Positions 38,380 to 47,346 of a DNA stretch of 64,000 nucleotides are shown piece after piece (the first letter of the stretch is position 1; each line of letters begins with the position of its first letter). This DNA is from an uncultured Chloroflexia bacterium. Its GTDB lineage: Bacteria > Chloroflexota > Limnocylindria > Limnocylindrales > CSP1-4. Both the position numbers and the translations under genes were made by a program. The notes under the pieces were generated by a model. The model was not told the DNA's origin. It ran no database searches and saw only the letters and a list, made by a program, of their open reading frames with translations. The DNA lies in the NCBI GenBank assembly GCA_963833225.1, contig CAWHXD010000019.1, forward strand, positions 160,001-224,000, written 5' to 3'.

Positions 38380-39183
38380 ATGGCCGAGCGCCTCACCGTC
38401 GCCGACATCCGGGCCCAGAAGGGCAAGCACCAGTTCACCATGGTCCGCACTGAGGACTGGGAGACGCTCGAGGCGGCCGAACGCGCCGGGGTCGAGATGG
38501 TCTCCGTTACGCCCGAGATGATGGTGGACCCGCGATTCCGCGAGATGGCTCCCACCGTGTTCGCGGTTCCGGGCGTGGACTTCTTCGAGCTCGGCACGGC
38601 GGACGACTTCACCCGCTGGGCATTCAGGATGCTCAAGGCCACCGCCGACGCGGTGTACGTGAGCGCCGGACTGCCCACCATCCGTCAACTGGCTGCGGAC
38701 AACATCCCGGTCATCAGCCACGTCGGGTTGATCCCGTCGCGAGCCACCTGGACGGGCGGGTTCAAGGCGGTGGGCAAGACGGCGGACCAGGCGATGCAGG
38801 TCTACCGGGCGGCCAAGGCCCTCGAGGAGGCCGGCGCGTTCGGAGCCGAGATCGAGGTCGTGCCGGCGGAAATGGCCGCGGAGATCAGCAAGCGCACCTC
38901 GCTGTTCATGGTGTCGATGGAGCCGGCACGGGCGGGGACTGCCAGTACCTGTTCGCCGAGGACATGCTGGGCGAGAACCGTGGGCACATTCCGCGCCACG
39001 CCAAGATCTACCGCAACTTCGCCGCCGAATACGACCAGCTCCAGGAGGAGCGCGTGGCGGCGTTCAAGGAGTTCGTGGCGACGTTCACACGGTGCCTACC
39101 CCGACGACAGGCACATTGTGGGCACGGATCCCGCCGAGCTGGAGGCGTTCCGCCGCGCACTGGCGCTGGCGGGCGAGGGCTGA
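38380..39183 (+). CDS. PanB-like hydroxymethyltransferase paralogue (compensating frameshifts near 38920-39090)
   Basis: IPVISHVGLIP...GGFKAVGK...LEEAGAFGAEIEVVP; alternate frame DMLGENRGHIPRHAKIYRNF. Confidence 0.75.
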   Translation: MAERLTVADIRAQKGKHQFTMVRTEDWETLEAAERAGVEMVSVTPEMMVDPRFREMAPTVFAVPGVDFFELGTADDFTRWAFRMLKATADAVYVSAGLPTIRQLAADNIPVISHVGLIPSRATWTGGFKAVGKTADQAMQVYRAAKALEEAGAFGAEIEVVPAEMAAEISKRTSLFMVSMEPARAGTASTCSPRTCWARTVGTFRATPRSTATSPPNTTSSRRSAWRRSRSSWRRSHGAYPDDRHIVGTDPAELEAFRRALALAGEG

Positions 39184-39253
39184 CGAAGTGCCGGACGGCG
39201 GCCGGGAGGAGATCCGGCCGCCCTCCAACGGGCTCATCCCACGGCGACTGGGT

Positions 39254-40474
39254 TCATCCCACGGCGACGGGCTGAGGTGTGAAGGTCAGCTCCAGGTTGT
39301 TCCAACGTACATGTTCGGCGTGGTCACGTAGCGGCTCGCCTCGCCGACGATCTCATACTCGCCCAGCACGGGAAGCGCTTCCTCGAGCGCGACCTTGAGC
39401 TCCAGGCGTGCCAGCGGCGCACCCAGGCAGCCGTGGACGCCCTCGCCGAACCCGAGGTGTCGGAAGGTGCGGCGGTCGATGCGGAAGTCATCCGCGTCGT
39501 CGAACTGGCGCTCGTCCCGGTTGGCGGAGCCGTAGACGAGGACCACGCGCCCGCCCTTGGGGATCGTGACGCCGTGCAGGGTGACCTCGCGCGAGGTGGT
39601 GCGGCCAGCGTGCTGGAGCGGCGACGACCAGCGGACGGCCTCCTCCACGGCGGCCGGGATGAGTGACGGGTCGTCGAGCAGCAGTCGGCGCTGGTCGGGG
39701 TGCTCCGCGAGCAGCTTGAACACGGACCCGGTGAGCCCGGCGGTGGAACCGACGCCGCCCAGGAACAGGACCCGCATCAGACCCATGCTCGGACTCGGGC
39801 GTGATCTCCACGTCGCAGAACGTGTCCTCGCCGATCGTGGCCTGGACGAGGTGGCTCACGAGGTCTTGGCGCGGGTTGGCGCGTCGCTCGTTGAGCAGCT
39901 TGATGAAGTAGGCGTTGATGCCATCGGTGGCCGCCCGGGACACAGGCGTGAGGTTCGGGTTGTCGGGCTCGCGATCCTTGAGCTCGTGGATCCAGTGCTG
40001 GAGGTCTTCGCGGCCCTCCTCACGCGCCTTGGGCAGGCCCAGCAGGTCGAAGAACACCTCGTTGGGCATCGGCCAGGCAAGCTCCTGGACGATGTCGACC
40101 GTGCCGCGATCACGGAACGCGTCGACGAGCGTTTGGACGACCTCCCGGACACCCTCCTCGCGGGCATTGATCCGGCGGGGGAGCATCGGCGGCTGGACCA
40201 CGCCGCGGATCTGGTCGTGGCGCGGGTTGTCGACGTTCGGCAGGAAGCCGGGGCCGCCCTGGTCGGTCGCCGTGGCGTCGAGGTCGATCCCTTCGTACGA
40301 CAGGAAGGTGTGCGGGTCCAGCGCGGCGGCGCGGACGTCGTCCCATCGGGACAGAGCCCACCAGTTCCACTTCTCGTTGTAGTAGACCGGCGCCTCGTCC
40401 CGCATCCACTGGTAGACGGTGAATGGGTCAGCCTGGAACTCCTTGCTGAACGGGTCGTAGCCGGTAGCGGCCAT
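39254..40474 (-). CDS. Cytochrome P450 (frameshifts near 39790 and 39300)
   Basis: DNPRHDQIR, EEAVRW (ExxR), ANRDERQF, GFGEGVHGCLG. Confidence 0.9.
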
Positions 40475-40512
40475 CTGCGGTTCCTCGCTGCTCTCGATGG
40501 TTGGGTCGCGGT

Positions 40513-41532
40513 CTACAGATCGAGCACGAGCTGCGGCGTCTTGCTCCGCGAGCAGCAGATCATCATGAACTCGTTGAGCGCGCGCTCATCCTCGTCGAGA
40601 ACCGAGTCCCTGTGATCCGGGATTCCCTCCAGCACGTTGGTCTCGCACGTGCCGCAGGTTCCCTTCCCGCAGGATGACATGACGCCTACGCCCGCTGCCT
40701 CGACCGTCTCGAGGATCGAGCGGCCGGCGGGGACGGTCAGGGTCATGTTGCTGCCCCGCAGGACGACCTCGAACTCCGTGTCGACGGCGTCCGGGTCCGC
40801 CGGCTTGGCTTCGAAGCGTTCCACGTGGAGGCTCCTGGCCGGCCATGATGTGCAGTGGCGTTCGACGTCCGCGATGAGCCGCTCGGGGCCACAGCAGTAC
40901 ACCAAAGTGCCTTCCTGCGGTGCGCCTAGGACCTCGTCGAGGTCCATGCGCCTGGACTCGTCGCTGGCGTGCAGCGACACGCGGTCAGGGTCGTCGACGA
41001 GCTCGTCTACGAACGCCATTCCCGCCCGGGTGTGGCCTCCGTAGTGGAGCCGCCAGTCGGCACCCGCCGCCGCGACCGCCGCGATCATCGGAACGATCGG
41101 GGTCACGCCGATCCCGCCAGCAATGAACAGGTACCGCGGCGACGGTGCGAGGCGGAAGTTGTTGCGCGGGCCGCGAATGCGCACGAGGTCGCCTTCGGTC
41201 AGGCGATCGTGGACGTAGATCGAGCCCCCGCCGCCGTTGTCATCACGCAGGATGCCCAGCCGATAGGTGGACCGGTCCGCGGGGTCACTGCAGAGGGAAT
41301 ACTGGCGGGTTGGCACCCCGTTGCCGATGATCAGGTCGACGTGTGCCCCGGGCTGCCACTCGGGCAGCGGATGCCCGCCCACCTCACGCAGCTCGAGCGT
41401 CACGATGCCGTCGGCGGCGACGGTCTTGGCCGCCACGCGCACGTCCGCCTCGTACTCCCTGGCGACCACGGTGACGGACGTCGGGCCGTCCTGGACCTGT
41501 TCCGGGTGCATGCCAGCATCCGAAGCAACCAT
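40513..41532 (-). CDS. PDR/VanB-family FMN/[2Fe-2S] reductase
   Basis: RQYSL, GGGS, GGIGVTP, YCCGP, CGKGTCGTC...C. Confidence 0.92.
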   Translation of the reverse strand: MVASDAGMHPEQVQDGPTSVTVVAREYEADVRVAAKTVAADGIVTLELREVGGHPLPEWQPGAHVDLIIGNGVPTRQYSLCSDPADRSTYRLGILRDDNGGGGSIYVHDRLTEGDLVRIRGPRNNFRLAPSPRYLFIAGGIGVTPIVPMIAAVAAAGADWRLHYGGHTRAGMAFVDELVDDPDRVSLHASDESRRMDLDEVLGAPQEGTLVYCCGPERLIADVERHCTSWPARSLHVERFEAKPADPDAVDTEFEVVLRGSNMTLTVPAGRSILETVEAAGVGVMSSCGKGTCGTCETNVLEGIPDHRDSVLDEDERALNEFMMICCSRSKTPQLVLDL

Positions 41533-41537
41533 GATCG

Positions 41538-42770
41538 TCACCGTCCTCCTGCCGGCGAGAACCGCACGGGGAGATTCCACCACACGTACATGTTGGGCGA
41601 GCTCGGGTAGAACGCAGGATCGCCGTCAAGCCCGTACTCGCCGAGCACCGGGAGCGCCTCCTGCAGGGCGATCTTGGTCTCGAGACGCGCGAGTGGCGCG
41701 CCGAGGCAGCCGTGGACCCCTTCCCCGAAGCCGACGTGCTTGACCACGCCGCGGGTCACGTCGAACCGGTCGGGGTCCGGGAACTGGCGCTCGTCGCGGT
41801 TGGCGGCGCCGACGACCAGGACCACGCGGGAGCGGGCCGGGATCGTGACCCCGTGGAGCGTCACATCACGCATCACTGTCCGGGCCGTGAGCTGGAGGGG
41901 CGTCGCCCAGCGCACCGACTCCTCGACGGCCTGCGGGATGAGCGCCGGGTCCTCGAGCAGCCGGCGCCGCTGGTCGGGGTGCTCGGCCAGCAGCTTGAAC
42001 GTGTTGCCGATCAACCCGGCGGTGGACTCCACGCCGCCGAGGAACAGGATGATCATCAGGCCCATCACCTCGGCAGCGGGCCCGATGTGCTCCTCCGTGA
42101 ACGGAACCCCGTTGATCCTGGCGTGGACGATGGTGCTGATGACGTCGTCGCGCGGGTTGTTCCGCCGATCCTGGAGCAGCCGAATGAAGTACTCGCGGAT
42201 GTGCTGGTCGGCCTCGATCGCCTCCGGCGTGAACTCCGGACTGCCCGGGACGCGGCCCTTGAGCGCGTGGACCCAGCGTTCGAGCTGGTCGTGTTCCGCC
42301 TGGTCCTCGTGGGGGATGCCCATGAGCGTGAAGAACACGTCGAACGGTGTGGGCCAGGCAAGCTCCTGGGCCAGGTCAACGGTGCCGCGATCACGCCACT
42401 TGGCGAGGTGGCTTCGGACCACGGTTCGGACCGCCTCCTCATGGGCGCCGACGCGGCGGGGGAGGAACCACGGCTGGACGATGGCCCGGATCTCGTCGTG
42501 GCGCGGGTTATCGATGTTGCCCAGCGACCCGCCGCTCGCCATCTGCTCGCGGAACGTGTTGTCGATGTCCATGCCCTCGGACGACCGGTACAGGTCGGCA
42601 TCGAGGATCGCGGCGCGAACGTCCTCGTGGCGGGTGAGGGCGTACCAGCCCCAACGCTCGCTGTGCCAGACGGGGGCGTCATCGCGCAGCCAGCGGTAAA
42701 CGTCGAAGGCGTCGCGGGGATAGAACTCAGGGTCGAACGGGTTGTATTCCAATGGGGCCCTGACCGTCAT
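41538..42770 (-). CDS. Cytochrome P450
   Basis: I-helix LGGVESTA, EESVRW, GFGEGVHGCLG; paralogue of 39254..40474. Confidence 0.95.
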   Translation of the reverse strand: MTVRAPLEYNPFDPEFYPRDAFDVYRWLRDDAPVWHSERWGWYALTRHEDVRAAILDADLYRSSEGMDIDNTFREQMASGGSLGNIDNPRHDEIRAIVQPWFLPRRVGAHEEAVRTVVRSHLAKWRDRGTVDLAQELAWPTPFDVFFTLMGIPHEDQAEHDQLERWVHALKGRVPGSPEFTPEAIEADQHIREYFIRLLQDRRNNPRDDVISTIVHARINGVPFTEEHIGPAAEVMGLMIILFLGGVESTAGLIGNTFKLLAEHPDQRRRLLEDPALIPQAVEESVRWATPLQLTARTVMRDVTLHGVTIPARSRVVLVVGAANRDERQFPDPDRFDVTRGVVKHVGFGEGVHGCLGAPLARLETKIALQEALPVLGEYGLDGDPAFYPSSPNMYVWWNLPVRFSPAGGR

Positions 42771-42836
42771 CTCGCGTCCTCTGGGTCTCGGCGCTGGCTC
42801 CGGGGTCACGAACGGGGGGCTCGCCGTCCGTCGCCC

Positions 42837-42887
42837 CTAGAGCGCTCTAGTGCGGGAACGATAGCGAGGTGACGATCGGCCCGTCAA
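42837..42887 (-). promoter_or_regulatory. Promoter TTGACG-N18-TATCGT with LacI operator CTAGAGCGCTCTAG
   Basis: -35 at 42887-42882, -10 at 42863-42858, operator at 42837-42850. Confidence 0.8.
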
Positions 42888-43957
42888 GACCCTGCCGATG
42901 GACAGTGACTCGCCGGTCCCCTGCGCGGCCGCCGCCAAGCGTCAGCCGCCGGGGGCGGGCCCGCGGTCTCGCCGATCACCAGGGTCGGCGAGAGCACCTG
43001 GTCGATGGGCTGGAGCCCGGCATCCTCGAGTCGCCCGATCGCGCGCTCCACCACGCGGCGGCCGATGGCGTCCGCGTCCTGTCGGATGGTGGTCAGCTCA
43101 CGCGGCGCGAGCCGGGACAGGCTGCTGCCGTCATAGCCGACGACCGACACGTCGCCGGGGATTGCCAGCCCGCGGTGGCTCAGCGTGTGCATCACGCCCA
43201 GCGCCGTCTCATCGTTGAAGGCGACCACCGCCGTCGGCCGATGGTCGAGCGCGAGCAGCTCCTCCGCGGCGCGCTGGCCGCACGCGGCAGTCCCGTCCCC
43301 GCCAACGACGTGGGACTGGTCGCCGAACCCGTGGCGGGTAATGTGTCTTCGGTACGCGCGCCGGCGGTCCGCGCTGATGGTGCCGTTCCCGCCGTCGACG
43401 TGGGCGATCTCTCGGTGGCCCAGTCCGACGAGGTGGTCGACGGCCAGCCGGAGCGCCTGGTCCTCGTCGGTCCGGATGCTGTCGACGGCCCCGGCCGGGT
43501 GGACCATCCGGCGCCCGGCCAGGACGACGGGGACCGATCCCGCGACACGGTTGATCTCGGCCTCCTCGAGATCCGGGCCCAGCATGAGGATGGCCTCGCA
43601 GCGGTAGTCCAGGAGCGTGTTGACAGCATGCCGCTCGTCGTGGCTGCGCGTCCGGCCGCTGAGAATGACCTCATAGCGAGCCGCCTCCGCGGCGTCGTAG
43701 ATCGGCGCCAGCAGGTCGACGTGGTGGAGCGCGTTCACGCGGTACACAACGCCGAGCAGTCGGGTAGAGGATCTGGCCAGCAGACGGGCGCGGGCGTCGG
43801 GGCGATAGCCAATGCGCTCGGCAACTTCACGGACGCGAGCTCGGGTGGCGTCGCTGGCGCCCGGTGCCTCGCGCATGACGATCGAAACCAGCGCGCGCGA
43901 CACGCCGGCGGATCGCGCCACATCCTCCAGCGTCGGCTTGCGATTCGGATCGGCCAT
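42884..43957 (-). CDS. LacI-family transcriptional regulator
   Basis: TLEDVARSAGVSRALVS HTH, YRPDARARLL, VSVVGYD, LTTIRQD. Confidence 0.95.
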   Translation of the reverse strand: MADPNRKPTLEDVARSAGVSRALVSIVMREAPGASDATRARVREVAERIGYRPDARARLLARSSTRLLGVVYRVNALHHVDLLAPIYDAAEAARYEVILSGRTRSHDERHAVNTLLDYRCEAILMLGPDLEEAEINRVAGSVPVVLAGRRMVHPAGAVDSIRTDEDQALRLAVDHLVGLGHREIAHVDGGNGTISADRRRAYRRHITRHGFGDQSHVVGGDGTAACGQRAAEELLALDHRPTAVVAFNDETALGVMHTLSHRGLAIPGDVSVVGYDGSSLSRLAPRELTTIRQDADAIGRRVVERAIGRLEDAGLQPIDQVLSPTLVIGETAGPPPAADAWRRPRRGPASHCPSAGS

Positions 43958-43989
43958 GGTGCTCGCAATCGGAGAGTTAGGAATGCATC

Positions 43990-44096
43990 TTGACATGTCG
44001 GCGACGTTTGCCGTAGGGTCCGGGACTAGAGCGCTCCAGTCGCCACTCCCGTCCTGCAGTTCGCCTCGACTGGCAACTCCACTTTAGAGCGCTCTA
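43990..44096 (+). promoter_or_regulatory. Promoter TTGACA-N18-TAGGGT with two LacI operators
   Basis: -35 at 43990-43995, -10 at 44014-44019; CTAGAGCGCTCCAG 44026-44039 and TAGAGCGCTCTA 44085-44096. Confidence 0.8.
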
Positions 44097-44194
44097 CCAA
44101 GCGAGATCGCCCGGGTTCTGTCAGACCCGCGGGATCCGAGAGCGTGCCGCCCGGTCGCCACTTGGCCGGCAGCTGGTTTGGAGGAGCGAGGAGC

Positions 44195-45256
44195 ATGTTG
44201 TCCACAGTCGCCATGGGGACGTCCCGACGCCGCACATTCCTCGGGTTGCTTGCCATCGCGGCCATGGTCTTCGGGGCATGTGGCGGGGACTCCGCCACTG
44301 CCGCCCCAGGTGCCAGCGACGGCGCCGCGGCATCGCAGGCTGCGGTGTCCGGCAACGGCCCGAAGATCTTCGTCGTCGGCGGTAAGCCCGATGATCCGTT
44401 CTGGTCCAAGGTCAAGAAGGGCGTCGATGACCAGGCCAAGGTCGTCGAGGCCTATGGCGGATCGGTCACGTGGCTTGGCCCGGCGAACTATGACAACCTC
44501 GGCCCGGATGCGGCGAAGCTGATCCAGAACGCCCTGAGCCAGGATCCGGATGGCGTGATCGGTCCGGACTGGGTGCCCGAGGCCATGGATCCGGCATTCA
44601 AGGCCGTGGTCGACGCAGGCGTCCCGCTCATCGTCTACAACGCGGGCGGCATCGAGAAGGCCACCGAGCTCGGTGCCCTCAACTTCGTGGGCAACGACGA
44701 GTACGTCGCGGGCGTGGGCGGTGGCGAGTACTTCGCCAAGAATGGGGTCAAGAACGTCCTGTGTGTCAACACGCTGCCCGGAACGACCAACATCGAGGCC
44801 CGCTGCAAGGGCATCGCCGACGGCATGGCGGCGAACGGCGGCACGTCGTCTCAGCTGCCCCTGCCTTCCAACCAGTTCGGCGACCAGACCGCTGTCGCCC
44901 AGGCAATCAAGGCCTCGCTGCTCCAGGATCCGTCCATTGACGGCGTGGTCACCGTCTCCGCGGCTGATGGCACGGCCGCCGCAAGCGGAATCGAGCAGGC
45001 TGGCATCACCGACAAGGTCAAACTTGGCTCGTTCGACTTCGACCCGACCGGCCTCGACCGCATCAAGGCGGGAACGCAGCTGATGGCCATCGACCAGCAG
45101 CCGTACCTGCAGGGCTCGATCTCGGTCGCGCTCCTGAGCTCGTACATCATGTTTGGCAACGACCTGCCCACCCGCCCCGTGGCCACCGGCCCGGGCATCA
45201 TTGACGCGAGCAACATCGACGCGACGCTTGCCGGCGCTCTTGCGGGCGCCCGCTAG
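44195..45256 (+). CDS. Sugar ABC transporter substrate-binding lipoprotein (CUT2 type)
   Basis: Lipobox FGAC, DPFWSKVKKG, IDQQPYLQG. Confidence 0.9.
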   Translation: MLSTVAMGTSRRRTFLGLLAIAAMVFGACGGDSATAAPGASDGAAASQAAVSGNGPKIFVVGGKPDDPFWSKVKKGVDDQAKVVEAYGGSVTWLGPANYDNLGPDAAKLIQNALSQDPDGVIGPDWVPEAMDPAFKAVVDAGVPLIVYNAGGIEKATELGALNFVGNDEYVAGVGGGEYFAKNGVKNVLCVNTLPGTTNIEARCKGIADGMAANGGTSSQLPLPSNQFGDQTAVAQAIKASLLQDPSIDGVVTVSAADGTAAASGIEQAGITDKVKLGSFDFDPTGLDRIKAGTQLMAIDQQPYLQGSISVALLSSYIMFGNDLPTRPVATGPGIIDASNIDATLAGALAGAR

Positions 45257-45334
45257 GTCCGTCCTCTCGCCAGTGTCGGGCCCGGTTCCGCCGGGCCCGA
45301 CAGGTTCCACTCCCGCCCGCGGCACCGGCGCGGG

Positions 45335-46414
45335 ATGCAGCAGGTGGACGCGATGACAAGGCAGGTGCAGCAGGACTCGGAAACCGGTCAGGTCGAGACC
45401 ACGGCGTCCCCGGGTTGGTCCATTGGCACCTTTGTCAGACGGCCCGAGATGGGCGCGCTGATCGGCATGGTGCTCGTGTTCGTGTTCTTTGCCGTGTTCG
45501 GCGGCAAACAGTTCCTCACCCCCGGCGGAGTCGCAAGCTGGCTCAACGTTGCAGGCGAGCTCGGAATGATCGCCCTCCCCGTCGGGCTGCTGATGATTGC
45601 CGGCGAGCTCGACCTCTCCGTTGGTTCGGTTGTGGCCGCGAGCTCCATGACCCTCGCCATCGTGTCCGGGTTCTGGGGTCTGCCGATGCCAGTGGGGATC
45701 ATCCTGGCCCTCGCGTTCGGTGTCGTGGTGGGCTTGATCAACGGCGTCATCGTCACGAGGACGCGGGTGCCCTCCCTCATCGTCACGTTGGGGATGAACC
45801 TCGCCGTCGTTGGCTTGACGCTCGGGTTCTCCCGACTCCTGACGAACAACGTGAGCGTGCCGCTCGCCGCCGGCGAGCCGTGGAAGTCGATGCTCGGCCA
45901 GTTCCTGTTCGGCCAGTTCGAGGTCGCCATCCTGTGGTGGATCGGCGTCGTGATCGTGGTCGGGTGGCTCACCCACATCGCCAAGTACGGCAACTGGATC
46001 TTCGCGATCGGCGGCGATCTTGAGAGCGCCCGCGCCACGGGCATCCCGGTCAACCGGGTCAAGATCGCCCTCTACGTTGCGACCGCCGCCGCGTCGGCGT
46101 CCGTGGGCATCATGTCCACGGTGCTCTACAACAGCGCCCAGGTCGCGAAGGGCCAGGCGTTCGTGTTCAACTCGATCATCGCGGTGGTCATCGGCGGCGT
46201 GCTCCTGACCGGCGGCTACGGATCGGTGTTCGGGATCTTGATGGGCACCCTGACGTTTGCCATCGTCAACCAGGGCATCTACTTCACCGGCTGGAACGCC
46301 GACTGGGCGAGCCTGATCCTGGGGGTGCTGCTCCTGGCTGCCGTGCTCATGAACAACACGTTCCGCAAGATGGCGCTGTCGTACAGTCCCACCGCCAAGA
46401 GGAAGAAGGCGTGA
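45335..46414 (+). CDS. Sugar ABC transporter permease
   Basis: GELDLSVGS, PSLIVTLG, AVVIGG...GG. Confidence 0.92.
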   Translation: MQQVDAMTRQVQQDSETGQVETTASPGWSIGTFVRRPEMGALIGMVLVFVFFAVFGGKQFLTPGGVASWLNVAGELGMIALPVGLLMIAGELDLSVGSVVAASSMTLAIVSGFWGLPMPVGIILALAFGVVVGLINGVIVTRTRVPSLIVTLGMNLAVVGLTLGFSRLLTNNVSVPLAAGEPWKSMLGQFLFGQFEVAILWWIGVVIVVGWLTHIAKYGNWIFAIGGDLESARATGIPVNRVKIALYVATAAASASVGIMSTVLYNSAQVAKGQAFVFNSIIAVVIGGVLLTGGYGSVFGILMGTLTFAIVNQGIYFTGWNADWASLILGVLLLAAVLMNNTFRKMALSYSPTAKRKKA

Positions 46415-47232
46415 CCGTGGACGCCCCACTGCTCCGGCTCACCGACATCAACATGTCATTCGGGGCTACGCAGGTCCTGATGGACGTCAACCTCGAGGTC
46501 CGGCGGGGCGAGGTCCTGTGCCTGCTGGGCGATAACGGCGCCGGCAAGTCGACGCTGATCAAGATCATGTCCGGGGTCTACCAGCCAAGGTCGGGCATGA
46601 TCGAGATCGACGGCAAGCCGGTGGTGTTCGGCAGCCCGCGCGACACGGCGAGGCATGGAATTGCCACAGTCCACCAGTTCGGCGGGACGTTCCCGCTGAT
46701 GACCATCGGGCGCTCCTTCTTCGTGGGTGCAGAGCCCGAGAAGGGCTGGGGTCCGTTCAAGCGCTTCGACCGCGGGTTTGCCAACGACGTGGCCGTTCGG
46801 GAGATGCGCCAGTTCGGGATCACCCGCGTCAGTGACGGCGACCGCCTGGTCGGCGGCCTCTCGGGCGGCGAGCGGCAGGCGCTCGCGATCGGGCGCGCGG
46901 TCTACTTCGGCGCGAACGTGCTCATCCTCGACGAGCCAACGGCCGCGCTTGGTGTGAAGGAGGCGGCCCACGTTCTCCGGATGGTCATGCAGGCGCGCCA
47001 GAAGGGCATCGCAGTCGTGTTCATCACCCACCAGGTCACCCATGCGATGACGGTCGGCGATCACTTTGCAGTCCTGATCCGCGGGGTCAAGGTGGCCGAT
47101 TTCCGCAAGGGCGAGAAGACCCGAGAGGAGATCACTGATCTGATGGCCGGCGGCGAGGCGATGGCCGAGCTGGAAGCCGAGCTCGAGGTCTACCAACAAG
47201 CCCACGCAGGGCATGGACCGCAGGCCGTCTGA
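46411..47232 (+). CDS. Sugar ABC transporter ATP-binding protein (single domain)
   Basis: GDNGAGKST, LSGGERQ, LDEPTAALG. Confidence 0.92.
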   Translation: MTVDAPLLRLTDINMSFGATQVLMDVNLEVRRGEVLCLLGDNGAGKSTLIKIMSGVYQPRSGMIEIDGKPVVFGSPRDTARHGIATVHQFGGTFPLMTIGRSFFVGAEPEKGWGPFKRFDRGFANDVAVREMRQFGITRVSDGDRLVGGLSGGERQALAIGRAVYFGANVLILDEPTAALGVKEAAHVLRMVMQARQKGIAVVFITHQVTHAMTVGDHFAVLIRGVKVADFRKGEKTREEITDLMAGGEAMAELEAELEVYQQAHAGHGPQAV

Positions 47233-47346
47233 CCTCACAACCACTCGATCGGCACCAGTGACCCGCGTGCCCCGAACCGGCTTGCCCGAATCCCTCGGCC
47301 CGGGGCGTACCCGCAGCGGGGCGCCGTGAATCCTCAGGGCCCGATC

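Noticed and set aside
39234-39268. Direct repeat TCATCCCACGGCGAC, 20-bp period, at the P450 stop
   Set aside because: Two copies only; looks like a local slippage duplication with no evident function.
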